This document shows, piece by piece, positions 50,531 to 60,841 of a DNA stretch of 64,000 nt. The DNA lies in the NCBI GenBank assembly GCA_000999715.1, contig LCGL01000004.1:44289-108288 (forward strand). The letters run 5' to 3'. How positions within the stretch are numbered: position 1 is the stretch's first letter; each line of letters starts with the position of its first letter. Made by a program: the position numbers and the translations under genes. This DNA comes from Candidatus Falkowbacteria bacterium GW2011_GWF2_43_32. Its GTDB lineage: Bacteria; Patescibacteriota; Patescibacteriia; Patescibacteriales; UBA12465. The notes under the pieces were generated by a model that did no database searches, had not been told where the DNA came from, and worked only from the letters and a program-made list of their open reading frames with translations.

Positions 50531-50791
50531 TTATTTTTGATCGATAATTTTAAAAAAGTATTGCCACTTTGTGCCGGCTCGGCACAATTCTTTGGTGTCG
50601 TTTAAAGCCAGTTCAACCTGATGAACCGGTTTTTCTTTGCAGATTTTGAATACGGCGCTTCTTTTGAAGCCGGGGATTCCCAATTCTTTAATGATGCGCA
50701 AAGCCAGTTCTTGCCAGGGATAGGCCGGCGGCTTAATCGTTTTTTTGTTTTTTATTATTTCCGCCAGAGATTGCGGTTTGTCGTTAAACAT
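50531..50791 (-). CDS. Hypothetical protein
   Basis: 86-aa ORF packed tightly between neighbours. No motif recognised. Confidence 0.35.
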   Translation of the reverse strand: MFNDKPQSLAEIIKNKKTIKPPAYPWQELALRIIKELGIPGFKRSAVFKICKEKPVHQVELALNDTKELCRAGTKWQYFFKIIDQK

Positions 50792-50793
50792 AA

Positions 50794-51591
50794 TCAGATT
50801 TGAAATTCAAAACTCAGATAGCCGATACCGAAATCGGTTTGATAGGCGAGTACTTCCGGTTGCCAATTACGGTCGGCCAGCATGCCCAAAGCGAAAACCA
50901 AGGGTCGGAGGCCGCACTCGCCGGCGTCATTGACGAGCTTCATGTCCATTTTGGTAATGTTTTCCTTGGCCGTCAGGGGATTATTCAAATACTCAATGAG
51001 TTTGTTATCAAATTTTGCGCCTTTGGGAGAATAGCCGCCGGGTGATTTTTTCTTTAAGCGATGAGACAGGTCGCCGGAAACGATGACGGCGATTTTTTTG
51101 GTGCTGGCGGAAATAACAGTTTGCAAAGCGATGCCGCCGTCAGCTAAAGTTTCCAAACTTAAATCGTGGGCCGGAGAGACGGTCACGATTTTGAAGTTAT
51201 CGGTTAAAGATTTCAGGAGGTATAAAGGAACGGCACTGCCATAATCCAGAATCGGTTCGGAAATCAAACGCAGCGGATGAGCGACTCTGAGAGCGGCGGT
51301 CATTTCATCGGCGAGAGGAATGTCGCCCGTTAAAGTGGTTTTCGGATTGATGAAGCCGAAATTTTTCAGGTTGATTTCCATTTCCGGCGCGATATTGATG
51401 GTGAAGGCGTCGGCTTGAGCAAAGCCGTGTTGGCTGATCAAAATTATCGTTTCCACTCCGGCCGTTTTTAGCCGGGCGCCGATGGTTTCGTAAGCGGCGA
51501 CGGTTTTGGCCAGGAAGCCATAGTTAACCCGGCCGATTTCCGGAATCAGCAAAGGAGAATGAGGCAATAGAGCGGCGGCGATTAAAGCCAT
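50794..51591 (-). CDS. Class III extradiol dioxygenase-fold protein (LigB/MEMO1-like)
   Basis: 265 aa, N-terminal AALLPHSPLL and overall similarity in pattern to the MEMO1/AmmeMemoRadiSam-B family. Weak call. Confidence 0.45.
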   Translation of the reverse strand: MALIAAALLPHSPLLIPEIGRVNYGFLAKTVAAYETIGARLKTAGVETIILISQHGFAQADAFTINIAPEMEINLKNFGFINPKTTLTGDIPLADEMTAALRVAHPLRLISEPILDYGSAVPLYLLKSLTDNFKIVTVSPAHDLSLETLADGGIALQTVISASTKKIAVIVSGDLSHRLKKKSPGGYSPKGAKFDNKLIEYLNNPLTAKENITKMDMKLVNDAGECGLRPLVFALGMLADRNWQPEVLAYQTDFGIGYLSFEFQI

Positions 51592-51600
51592 ATGCGTTAA

Positions 51601-53082
51601 TTATTTAACCGCTTCGCCCATATCGTAGTTATAGAGAAATTGCGAAGAAACGGTAACCACGTTTTGAGGATTATAATTTAATTTACTGAACATCGCATCA
51701 TCCATCGGTCGTTTTTTCCCGCCGGAAATAAGATAGACCAAAGGGAAATTTTGAGTTTTGACCAAAGTGCCTTCATCCAACAAAAGCGGAGTGGTGGTGG
51801 CGTAAGCGGTCAGCTCTTTGGTGGTTTTTTTGATAATTTGATCGCCGGCAAATTTTATGTCCAAAAGAACTTTATCCACGGGAGCTTTAATGCCGTTTTC
51901 TACGTAATAAATATCGTTGGTGCGACTGTCTTGCAGAAGCGCGCCGGTGACGTAAGTGGAAGTGGCATTAATGGTGGCACCGACTTTATAGCCGGCCAAG
52001 TCATCAATTGTTGCGGTTTCCACTTCTTCGGGATTGAAACCGAATTTTTTGAAAACCGTGGCGCTGGCGAAGGGCCGTTTTTCTTGATCAACCAACAGAT
52101 AGATGGTTTTGTCGGGCACTTGCACCAAAGAATAATTGGCGAATTTGATTTCCGAACCGATCGGGTAGTTGTCCAGCTCGCCGGAATCCACCTCAACGAT
52201 TTGTCCCGGCTTAAAGCGGGAAATATAGGAAGACCAATTGGAGAAATGCCTTTTCTGTCCGTTTTCTATCAGCCAAACCCGCGGATCGCCCGACGCTTTA
52301 ATGATAGAACCGTTCGGATAAAGTCGGGAAACTTTCGGGAAGTAACGGTTCCAAAGTTTATAGGTATTGTAATTTCCGTTGAAAACATGAGGGGTGTAAT
52401 TATATAGAGCGGCCGTGGCTTGATTGGCCGGTGTCACGATCATAGATTCTTGAGAGATGGTGCCGTAAGGGTTGCTGAAAGTATAAGTTTGGCCGGCTTT
52501 GTAAGAATAATTTTGCGGCTCTTGCATGTAAGCCAGAAATTGAAGAGCGGCGCTGTTCACTTGTTTGCCGAAACCTTTGTAGTATGGATTGCAGACCCAA
52601 TTGTCCGGACAGCCATAACCGGTCGCCCAATCCAAACGATTTTGCGACGGGTTGGCGTCCTCGATCAAGCTGGCTTCTTTTTGCAAAAGGACCAAGAGAA
52701 ATTTAGGATTGATGGTGGTGATATGTCGGCATTTGGTGAATTTTTCCGTCTCGGTCGGCGTTTCGCTAAGTGTAATACCCTCGCAATCGTAATTATTGTA
52801 GGCGGCGTCATGAATTATTTGAGCGGCGGTTTTTAGGTCGCCGTGAGTGTTGGTGGTGGTATAATTAGCCAAATAACTCCCTTTATTTTGGAGAAAAGTT
52901 TGGATTTCCGGCAGAGTCATACTGCTGTAATTCAGAATATCCCAATCTTCCAAAATACGATTAGGATTGAAGGCCGGATCAATGCCGGTTTGTGCTTGAG
53001 CGCCTTTAACTAGCGGAAAAAACATTAAAAACGCTATTATAAGCGAGATAGCTATATTTTTCATATTAAATTGGTTAGTCAT
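51601..53082 (-). CDS. Hypothetical secreted protein (493 aa)
   Basis: Signal peptide MKNIAISLIIAFLMFFPLVKGAQA. No catalytic motif recognised. Confidence 0.5.
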   Translation of the reverse strand: MTNQFNMKNIAISLIIAFLMFFPLVKGAQAQTGIDPAFNPNRILEDWDILNYSSMTLPEIQTFLQNKGSYLANYTTTNTHGDLKTAAQIIHDAAYNNYDCEGITLSETPTETEKFTKCRHITTINPKFLLVLLQKEASLIEDANPSQNRLDWATGYGCPDNWVCNPYYKGFGKQVNSAALQFLAYMQEPQNYSYKAGQTYTFSNPYGTISQESMIVTPANQATAALYNYTPHVFNGNYNTYKLWNRYFPKVSRLYPNGSIIKASGDPRVWLIENGQKRHFSNWSSYISRFKPGQIVEVDSGELDNYPIGSEIKFANYSLVQVPDKTIYLLVDQEKRPFASATVFKKFGFNPEEVETATIDDLAGYKVGATINATSTYVTGALLQDSRTNDIYYVENGIKAPVDKVLLDIKFAGDQIIKKTTKELTAYATTTPLLLDEGTLVKTQNFPLVYLISGGKKRPMDDAMFSKLNYNPQNVVTVSSQFLYNYDMGEAVK

Positions 53083-53127
53083 GGATATATTATAGTATAG
53101 ATTGAAGCGAAAGACAAAATTATTGTC

Positions 53128-55767
53128 TTATCTATTTACTTTCATCACCACCGCTTCTTTTTCGCCCAGATCAATTTTAACTTTATCGCCTTCTTTGATT
53201 TTGCCCTCAATGATTTCCAGCGCCAATTCGTCCAAAATCATGGTTTGAATGATACGCTTCAAAGGCCGGGCGCCATAAGTGATGTCGTAGCCTTTATCCG
53301 CCAGCAATTTTTTGATTTTCGGACTGATTTTGATGGCGATATTTTTATTGCCCAAACGTTTCTCCACTTTCAACAATTCCAAATCGACGATTTTTTCCAA
53401 GGCTCCCGGAGTCAGGCTTTGGAATAAGACAATTTCGTCAATCCGGTTCAAGAATTCCAACTTGAAATGATTTTTTAGAATTTTATCTATTTTTTCTTTC
53501 ATTTCTTCGGCGCGCATTTTAACCGCTTGGTTTTTGTCGCCGGCGTCGGCGAAACCGATGGAGTATTGTTTGATGATTTCGTTGCCCAGATTGGAAGTCA
53601 TGATGACAATCGTATTTTTGAAATTGACCGTGCGACCCTTGGAATCGGTTAAACGGCCGTCATCCAAAATTTGAAGCAACATGTTGAACATATCCGGATG
53701 AGCTTTTTCCACTTCGTCAAACAAGACGACCGAATAAGGATGCCGGCGAATCTGTTCGGTCAGTTGTCCGCCTTCGTCATGGCCGACATATCCCGGAGGC
53801 GAGCCGATCAGTTTGGCGACCGAGTGTTTTTCCATAAATTCGCTCATGTCCAGACGGATGAGCGCTTTTTCGTCATCAAACATGAAACGGGCCAAGGCTT
53901 TGGCCAGCTCGGTTTTGCCGACGCCGGTCGGACCGACGAACAGGAAAGAGCCGATCGGTTTTTTTTCTTCGTTAATGCCGGCGCGAGAACGGCGCAGGGC
54001 ATTGGCGACCGCTTTGATCGCTTCGTCCTGGCCGACGACTTCTTTATTCAATTCACTTTCGGCATCGCTCAGTCTTTTGATTTCATCCTGCAGCATTTTA
54101 TTGACGGGAATGCCGGTCCAACGGGCCACGACTCGGGCGATATCTTCTTCGTCCACTTCTTCTTTCAAAATTCGTTGACCTTTTTTCTGGATTTTCAACA
54201 AGGCGGTTTGCGCTTCTTGAATCTTTTTTTCCAATTCCGGAATCAGGCTGTAACGGATTTTGGCCACTTCCGTCAGATCGGCGCCTTGGCGTTGAGAAAT
54301 TTCCGCTTTGATTTTCAAGTCTTCTATTTCTTTTTTGGATACGCGGATTTGGGAAATGATGTTTTTTTCGTTATTCCAATGCAATTCCAATTGGTCGGCT
54401 TTTTCTCGCAATTTGGCCAATTCGGCATTCAGCGTTCTCAGTTTCGGAGATTTTTTGTCTGCGGTCATCAAACCGGCCCGGTTCAATTCCAATTGTTTTA
54501 TTTTGCGTTTTAATTGATCCAATTCATCCGGCATGGAATCGATTTCCATGCGCAGGGAAGAGGTCGCTTCGTCTATCAAATCAACGGCCTTGTCCGGCAG
54601 AAAACGATCGCTGATATAGCGGTTGGACAATTTGGCGGCGGCAATGAGGGCGTCGTCGGTAATGCGAACACCATGATGGACTTCATATTTTTCCTTGAGT
54701 CCGCGCAACATATCGACCGTATCGTCCAAGCTCGGTTCGTTGACGTAAATCGGCTGGAAACGGCGTTCCAGGGCGGCGTCTTTTTCAATGTATTTTTGAT
54801 ATTCTTTAGTGGTGGTGGCGCCGATGGTGCGCAATTCGCCGCGAGCCAGCGCGGGTTTCAGCATATTGGAAGCATCCATGGAGCCTTCGGAAGCGCCGGC
54901 GCCGATTAAGGTATGGAGTTCGTCAATGAACAGGATAATTCGGCCGTTTTGCGCTTTGACTTCTTTCAAAACGGCTTTCAGGCGGTCTTCAAATTCGCCG
55001 CGAAATTTGGCGCCGGCAACCAGCGCGCCCAAATCAAGCGTCACGATTTCTTTTCTTTTTAAATTTTCCGGCACGTCGCCGGCGATGATTCTTTGCGCCA
55101 GACCTTCCACGATAGCGGTTTTGCCGGTACCGGCTTCGCCGATCAGAACCGGATTGTTTTTGGTGCGGCGGAGCAAGACTTGCATGATGCGACGCACTTC
55201 CTGGTCGCGGCCGACGACCGGATCCAATTTTTCTTGTCGCGCCAACTCGGTCAGATTGGTCGTGTATTTTTCCAAGACACGAAATTTGTTTTCCGGGAAA
55301 GGATCGTTGATCGTTTGATTGCCGCGCAGTTCTTTCAAGATGTTTTTCACGGCTTGATATTCTACTTTAAAGTCCAGCAAAACGCTTTGCGCCGGCGAGG
55401 AAACGCCGATGAGCGCCAAAAGGATATGTTCGGTGGAGATATATTCGTCGTTCAAGCCGTCGGCTTCTTTTTGGGCGCGCTCCAGAATCAGCGCGGTTTC
55501 GGCCGTGCCGGAAACGGCTTGCACCGGACCGGTTTGAACATTGATTCGGACGCGCGGCAATTTTTGAATGGCTCTGACGGCATGATCTTCAATCCGATCC
55601 GGATCTATTTTCATTTTTTCCAAAACCGGCTTGATCAAGCTCTCATTTTGTTGGAGTAAGGCCAGCAGAATATGCACCGCTTCAATATTTGTTTGACCGT
55701 GAGCGGAGGCAATCATTTGCGCGTTGATAATCGCTTCTTGCGATTTGTCCGTAAATTTATTGAACAT
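53128..55767 (-). CDS. clpB: Chaperone disaggregase ClpB
   Basis: 879 aa. Clp_N repeats, D1 Walker [10 protein letters not shown] and Walker B ILFIDELH, long coiled-coil middle domain, D2 Walker [10 protein letters not shown] and Walker [11 protein letters not shown]. Confidence 0.9.
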   Translation of the reverse strand: MFNKFTDKSQEAIINAQMIASAHGQTNIEAVHILLALLQQNESLIKPVLEKMKIDPDRIEDHAVRAIQKLPRVRINVQTGPVQAVSGTAETALILERAQKEADGLNDEYISTEHILLALIGVSSPAQSVLLDFKVEYQAVKNILKELRGNQTINDPFPENKFRVLEKYTTNLTELARQEKLDPVVGRDQEVRRIMQVLLRRTKNNPVLIGEAGTGKTAIVEGLAQRIIAGDVPENLKRKEIVTLDLGALVAGAKFRGEFEDRLKAVLKEVKAQNGRIILFIDELHTLIGAGASEGSMDASNMLKPALARGELRTIGATTTKEYQKYIEKDAALERRFQPIYVNEPSLDDTVDMLRGLKEKYEVHHGVRITDDALIAAAKLSNRYISDRFLPDKAVDLIDEATSSLRMEIDSMPDELDQLKRKIKQLELNRAGLMTADKKSPKLRTLNAELAKLREKADQLELHWNNEKNIISQIRVSKKEIEDLKIKAEISQRQGADLTEVAKIRYSLIPELEKKIQEAQTALLKIQKKGQRILKEEVDEEDIARVVARWTGIPVNKMLQDEIKRLSDAESELNKEVVGQDEAIKAVANALRRSRAGINEEKKPIGSFLFVGPTGVGKTELAKALARFMFDDEKALIRLDMSEFMEKHSVAKLIGSPPGYVGHDEGGQLTEQIRRHPYSVVLFDEVEKAHPDMFNMLLQILDDGRLTDSKGRTVNFKNTIVIMTSNLGNEIIKQYSIGFADAGDKNQAVKMRAEEMKEKIDKILKNHFKLEFLNRIDEIVLFQSLTPGALEKIVDLELLKVEKRLGNKNIAIKISPKIKKLLADKGYDITYGARPLKRIIQTMILDELALEIIEGKIKEGDKVKIDLGEKEAVVMKVNR

Positions 55768-55840
55768 ATTTTACCAAATTAATTATTTAAAAATCGTTTA
55801 CTTTTTTGCCAAAGTTATTGGTTGGCAAAACGTTTACTTT

Positions 55841-55867
55841 TTAGCAGTCCCGTTAAGAGAGTGCTAA
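55841..55867. promoter_or_regulatory. CIRCE-like operator TTAGCAgTC-N9-GAGTGCTAA (one mismatch) in the clpB / membrane-Hsp100 divergent region
   Basis: Matches the HrcA operator consensus at 17/18 positions. About 75 bp upstream of clpB and about 130 bp upstream of the 55994 ORF. An 8-bp inverted repeat TTTGCCAA-N9-TTGGCAAA lies at 55805-55829. Confidence 0.6.
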
Positions 55868-55993
55868 GCTTATGATAATATAGGACGGAGAAAGTGTAAA
55901 TATTGACAGTTTATTTTTTATGTGTCGTTGCGGCCAAACAACTAATTCGGATTGCGGTCGATTGTTTGATTATTTTTCTTGGATAATTGACGC

Positions 55994-56407
55994 ATGAATC
56001 GTCTTTCGGCTGTTGGTTTTTTTATTTTATGCTATAATAATCTTATGATTAATCATAATTTTTTCACTTACGCCGGTAAAATTATCGGTCAAATTTTAGG
56101 AGAAATTTTGTATTTCCCGGTTTGGTGGTATACGGTCGGTTTCGCGCGTACCGCTAAGGGCGGTTGGCGTTTTTGGCGCGGTCGGGAAAGCTCTCTCGGT
56201 TTCGGCGTTTGGGTGAAAAATATTTTTGTGCCGATGTACGGCCAGCGCGATTTAGCCAGCCGGTTAATCAGTTTTGTCATGCGTTTGGTGCAGATAATTT
56301 ATCGCGGCGCGATTTTGTTGTTTTGGTTGGTGTTGATTTTGTTGTTTCTGGTTCTTTGGTTGGCCGGACCGATATTGTTATTGTTGGCGCTGGCTTTTCA
56401 AATTTGA
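55994..56407 (+). CDS. Hypothetical membrane protein
   Basis: 137 aa with 3-4 hydrophobic helices. Immediately upstream of the membrane-anchored Hsp100 paralogue. Confidence 0.45.
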   Translation: MNRLSAVGFFILCYNNLMINHNFFTYAGKIIGQILGEILYFPVWWYTVGFARTAKGGWRFWRGRESSLGFGVWVKNIFVPMYGQRDLASRLISFVMRLVQIIYRGAILLFWLVLILLFLVLWLAGPILLLLALAFQI

Positions 56408-56456
56408 CCCGGGTCGTCATCATAAATTCTTAGAATCGTTTTTAAATTTCTAAAAT

Positions 56457-59156
56457 ATGTCCGAAATGTCTTCAGAAAAGTTGACTTTTACCGAAGAGCA
56501 GAATGTCGGCGGTCGCGGCGTTTGGTTTTTGGGACGATTTTTATTTTGGGGCCGGCCGTTCAAGAAGACTTTGATCGGCTTGGCCAGAGCCAGTCGGAAA
56601 ATTAATTTCTTTTTATCTTTTTTGCGTTGGTTGATTATTTTTGCCGGTTGGGCGGCTTTCGGTTATTGGTTGTTTTTACATCAGGCGTTGTGGATTGAAA
56701 ATCCCGTCAGGCTGTTGTTTTTTTGGCGCACGCCCGATATTTTAATTTTCATTTTTTTGTTTTCTCTCTGGTTTGATTTATTCTCCGTCTATGAATCCAG
56801 CCAAACCAAGGCGGCCGTCAAGAAAATCAAGCGTTCGGATTTTGATCGGGAAGGGGATAAAAAGAAAAAGTTGCGGCGAGGCGGCAAAAAATACGAAGTG
56901 GCGAACGCTTATGCGCCGGAAACGTGGCGAGCGGTTGAAGACGCATATTTGTTGGCGGCGCGTCTGCGTCAGACCGAGACCTCGGTTATTCACCTTTTCC
57001 GAGTGTTGTTGAAAGATAAAAAAATTCAAAATTTATTTATTCGTTTGGATGCGGATGTCAAAAAATTGGTGGAATTGGTGGATCGTCATTTATTGTCGCC
57101 CGAAAAAACGGAGTTTAAAGGCCGAAGCGCTTTATCGCCGGTTTTGCAAGAAGTTTTGGTTTTGGCTTTCGTCAACGCTTACGAACTGCGACAGGATAGC
57201 GTTGATGTTTTGAATGTGGTTTCTTTTTGCGCCGGCAAAGATCCGGTTCTTCGGGAAATTCTGTATGAATTGGAAATTGACGAAGATAAAATCAACAATA
57301 CCGTCGCTTGGTTTCGGGTCAATCGCCGCTTGGCGGAGAGTTATCGGTCTTACAGCCGTTCGGCTTTGTTAAAACCGGGCAACAATATGAATCGTTCTTA
57401 TACCGCCATCGCCACGCCGACTTTGGATCATTTTTCGCATGATTTGACCGTGCGGGCGAAATACGGAGATTTAAATATTTGCGTCGGCCGAAAAAGAGAA
57501 ATTTCTTCCATTTTTGAAGCTTTTTCCGGCGGCCATAACGGCGTTTTGTTGGTCGGTCCGGTCGGCGTCGGCAAGAGCGCCATTATCGACGGCTTGGCGC
57601 AATTGATGGTGGAAGAAAACGTGCCGGATTTTTTCAAAGACCGGCGCTTGGTGGAGTTGGACGTTTCGCGTTTGTTGGCCGGAGCCGCTCCGGCCGAAGC
57701 GCAGGAAAGATTATTGCTCAGTTTGAACGAAGTGAGCCGTTCGGGCAATATTATCTTATATATTGATAACATTGAAAATTTGATCGGCATCAGCGGCGGT
57801 GCCGAAGAAAGTTTGGATATCTCCGAAGTTTTGGCCGAAGCGATCGGGCGCAGAAATTTATATTGTCTGGCGGCGGCCACCACGGAAAATTATGCGCGGT
57901 ATATTGAAAACAAGGCGATCGGCAATGTCATGACGACGGTCGCGGTCAAAGAACCGGAAACCAACGAAGCGATTCAAATTTTGGAAAGCAAGGTGGGACT
58001 TTTAGAATCAAAATATGACATTTATATCGTCTACGGCGCTTTGGAAGCGGCCGTAACCATGTCCGATCGTTATTTGCATGATAAATTTTTGCCGTTCAAA
58101 GCTCTGGACTTATTGGAAAAAGCGGCCATCATTACCGGCAAGAACGCGCGGAATAATCCGGAAAAAAGTTTTTGCGGTCGGGAAGAGGTGGCCGCGGCCA
58201 TCAGTGAAATTACCGGTATTCCGGCCAGCAAAGCCAGCTTGTCGGAGGGTCAGAAACTTTTAAATTTGGAAGATGAAATTCATCAGCGCTTGGTCGATCA
58301 AGAAGAAGCGGTCCGAGCGGTGGCGGCCAGTTTGCGTCGCGCGCGCGCCGAAATGAAAGACAGCAAGCGGCCGATCGCCAGTTTCTTGTTTTTGGGACCG
58401 ACCGGCGTCGGTAAAACGGAATTGGCCAAATCAGTCAGCCAAGTTTATTTCGGCGATGAAGATTACTTGATTCGTTTGGATATGAGCGAATATCAAGACA
58501 CGGGCAGTGTGCGGAAAATGATCGGTGACGTGGACGGGACGCTCGGCTACTTGATCGAAGCGGTCCGCAAAAAACCTTTTTCCTTGATTTTGTTGGATGA
58601 AATCGAAAAAGCCAATCCCGATATTCTGAATTTGTTTTTACAATTATTGGATGACGGACGCTTGACCGACGGTCAGGGGCGAACGATCAGTTTTGCCGAA
58701 TCCATCATTATCGCCACTTCCAATATCGGCGCCGTTTATATTCAAGAGCAGATTGTCGTCAAAACGCCGCTTAATGTCATCAAACAGGGCTTGATCGATC
58801 AAGAGTTGAATAAATATTTGCGTCCGGAATTGATCAATCGGTTTGACGGAATTATTGTTTTCAAACCTTTGAGCGAAGAAGACGTTTTTGCCATCGCGAC
58901 TTTGATGCTGAAAAAAATCAAGAAGAATTTGGCGGCCAAGGGTATCGGCCTGAAGGCCGATAAGGACGGCGTGACCATTTTGGCGCACGAGGGCTATGAT
59001 CCGAAATTCGGCGCTCGTCCTTTGCGGCGCTTGTTGCAGGACAGAGTGGAAAATCCCATCGCCAATAAAATTTTGGCCGGAGAGCTGAAGCGTCGCGATA
59101 CGATTGTCATTAACAATCGGGCGGAAATAGAAGTGGACCAAGGAAAAGAATTGTAA
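56457..59156 (+). CDS. Membrane-anchored Hsp100/Clp-family AAA+ ATPase with degenerate first ATPase domain
   Basis: About 130 N-terminal residues with 3-4 TM helices. Clp_N-like repeats. D1 Walker A GPVGVGKSA, but Walker B is ILYIDNIEN (DN not DE) and the Arg-finger segment is IGNVMT (no Arg). D2 is canonical ([19 protein letters not shown]). No obvious middle coiled-coil or IGF loop. Confidence 0.8.
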   Translation: MSEMSSEKLTFTEEQNVGGRGVWFLGRFLFWGRPFKKTLIGLARASRKINFFLSFLRWLIIFAGWAAFGYWLFLHQALWIENPVRLLFFWRTPDILIFIFLFSLWFDLFSVYESSQTKAAVKKIKRSDFDREGDKKKKLRRGGKKYEVANAYAPETWRAVEDAYLLAARLRQTETSVIHLFRVLLKDKKIQNLFIRLDADVKKLVELVDRHLLSPEKTEFKGRSALSPVLQEVLVLAFVNAYELRQDSVDVLNVVSFCAGKDPVLREILYELEIDEDKINNTVAWFRVNRRLAESYRSYSRSALLKPGNNMNRSYTAIATPTLDHFSHDLTVRAKYGDLNICVGRKREISSIFEAFSGGHNGVLLVGPVGVGKSAIIDGLAQLMVEENVPDFFKDRRLVELDVSRLLAGAAPAEAQERLLLSLNEVSRSGNIILYIDNIENLIGISGGAEESLDISEVLAEAIGRRNLYCLAAATTENYARYIENKAIGNVMTTVAVKEPETNEAIQILESKVGLLESKYDIYIVYGALEAAVTMSDRYLHDKFLPFKALDLLEKAAIITGKNARNNPEKSFCGREEVAAAISEITGIPASKASLSEGQKLLNLEDEIHQRLVDQEEAVRAVAASLRRARAEMKDSKRPIASFLFLGPTGVGKTELAKSVSQVYFGDEDYLIRLDMSEYQDTGSVRKMIGDVDGTLGYLIEAVRKKPFSLILLDEIEKANPDILNLFLQLLDDGRLTDGQGRTISFAESIIIATSNIGAVYIQEQIVVKTPLNVIKQGLIDQELNKYLRPELINRFDGIIVFKPLSEEDVFAIATLMLKKIKKNLAAKGIGLKADKDGVTILAHEGYDPKFGARPLRRLLQDRVENPIANKILAGELKRRDTIVINNRAEIEVDQGKEL

Positions 59157-59263
59157 GACGAGGTGCGGAACGGATGGAAGTGCGAAATAAAGAGCGGATT
59201 AACTAAAAAAGCGGATTGAATATTAGCAGTTATCAATAATCAAAAAGTTTAAATTCGGCGGCT

Positions 59264-60835
59264 ATGTTTTACTTCGGAGTTTTTATAGCGGTTTTGGCTT
59301 TAACGGCGATTCTCACTTTATTGGTCAGAAGAATCGCTCTTTATTTTGAAATTCTGGACAAACCGGATCAAGGGATTTTGTCCGCCAGAAAAATTCATCG
59401 ACGGGCAACGCCGCTTTTGGGCGGGGTGGCGATTTTTATCGGTTATTTTGCCGGTCTTTTTTTCTTTTGGGAACGGTTTTTGTCCGGTGATCTTCATTGG
59501 CGACATTTAATCGGTTTTGCCGTCGGCGCTTTATTGATCATTATCGGCGGCATTTTGGACGACAAATATAATTTGCGGCCGCGCCGACAAATTATTTTTC
59601 CGCTCTTGGCTATCGTCGCGCTGATTTTGGGCGGCGTGGAAATCGCCAAAATCACCAATCCTTTCGGCGGATTTTTGGATTTGCAATCTTTGTTCTTTAT
59701 CTCGCCGCTTTTGATCGCCCTTTGGCTTTTGGGCATGATGTATACGACCAAATTATTGGATGGCGTGGACGGATTGGTTTCGGGCGTGAGCGTAATCGGC
59801 GGATTCATTATTTTTTTATTTACTTTAACGACACGGTATTATCAGCCCGACATCGCTTTGGCGGCAATTCTTTTTGCCGGCGCTTGCACCGGCTTTTTGA
59901 TTTTTAACTGGCATCCGGCGAAAATTTTTTTGGGCGAAGGCGGCTCTTTGTTGTTGGGTTATATCTTGGGGGTTTTAGCCGTTATTTCCGGCGGCAAAAT
60001 CGCCATTGCGCTTTTAATCATGGGTATTCCGGTTTTGGATGTCGCCTGGACGATTATTCGCCGTTTGTTGAAGAAAAAAAATCCTTTTCGTTTCGCCGAT
60101 CGGGAACATCTGCATCATCGTTTGTTGGCCTTGGGATTGAGTCAAAGAAAAACGGTGTTGGTTTTTTATTTTTTATCCCTTACTTTCGGATTGAGCGGTT
60201 TGTTTTTGCAAAGCCGCGGCAAATTTTGGGCCTTGATTATTTTAACGGTCATTATGCTCGCGCTGGTCATCAGTTTTTGGTATCTTGATCGGCGCCGGGA
60301 AAAAAATAAACCGAAGTTATTGTTGCACATTTGTTGCGCTCCTTGCGGTACCTATATCAGTCGCGATCGTCTGGCGGCAAAATATGATTTGACTTGGTAT
60401 TTTTATAATTCCAATTTGAATACTCGGGCGGAATATGACAAGCGCCTTTATTATGTGGAGATGATGGCGAAGAAATTTAATTTTTCTTTGCTGGTCGAAC
60501 CTTATGAGCATGCGGCCTGGCAAGAAAAGACTGCCGGCCATGCCGCCGATCCGGAACGCGGCGCGCGGTGTTTGATTTGTTATCGCGATCGTTTGGAAAA
60601 AACGGCTCGCTTGGCAAAAGAGCGGGGCTTTGATCTTTTCGGCACGACTTTGTTGGTCAGTCCTTATAAAGACAGCGCCGCCATTCGGTCCATCAGCCGT
60701 AATTTAGCCAAGGAATTCGGTATTGAATTTTTAGATGAAGATTTTCAGGCCGCTGACGGTTATCGTCGCTCGCAGGAAGTGGCTAAAGAGCTGGGTCTTT
60801 ATCGTCAAAAATATTGCGGTTGCGAATATTCTTAA
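59264..60835 (+). CDS. Fusion protein: MraY/WecA-family polyprenyl-phosphate glycosyl-1-phosphate transferase (N) + QueH/DUF208 epoxyqueuosine reductase-like domain (C)
   Basis: N-terminal 340 aa: 10 TM helices, HRRATPLLGGVAI and ILDDKYN motifs of GT family 4. C-terminal 180 aa: LLLHICCAPCGTY ... CLICYRDR ... YCGCEY, the HxCCAPC and terminal Cys-cluster signature of DUF208/QueH. Single uninterrupted 523-codon frame. Confidence 0.7.
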   Translation: MFYFGVFIAVLALTAILTLLVRRIALYFEILDKPDQGILSARKIHRRATPLLGGVAIFIGYFAGLFFFWERFLSGDLHWRHLIGFAVGALLIIIGGILDDKYNLRPRRQIIFPLLAIVALILGGVEIAKITNPFGGFLDLQSLFFISPLLIALWLLGMMYTTKLLDGVDGLVSGVSVIGGFIIFLFTLTTRYYQPDIALAAILFAGACTGFLIFNWHPAKIFLGEGGSLLLGYILGVLAVISGGKIAIALLIMGIPVLDVAWTIIRRLLKKKNPFRFADREHLHHRLLALGLSQRKTVLVFYFLSLTFGLSGLFLQSRGKFWALIILTVIMLALVISFWYLDRRREKNKPKLLLHICCAPCGTYISRDRLAAKYDLTWYFYNSNLNTRAEYDKRLYYVEMMAKKFNFSLLVEPYEHAAWQEKTAGHAADPERGARCLICYRDRLEKTARLAKERGFDLFGTTLLVSPYKDSAAIRSISRNLAKEFGIEFLDEDFQAADGYRRSQEVAKELGLYRQKYCGCEYS

Positions 60836-60841
60836 AATAAA

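Noticed and set aside
53671-54513. 280-aa plus-strand ORF antisense to clpB, plus other antisense ORFs in clpB, gatB, atpA and the 41762 gene
   Set aside because: They lie inside long, motif-rich, confidently called genes on the opposite strand. Their translations are Phe/Gly/Arg-rich low complexity. Antisense artefacts.
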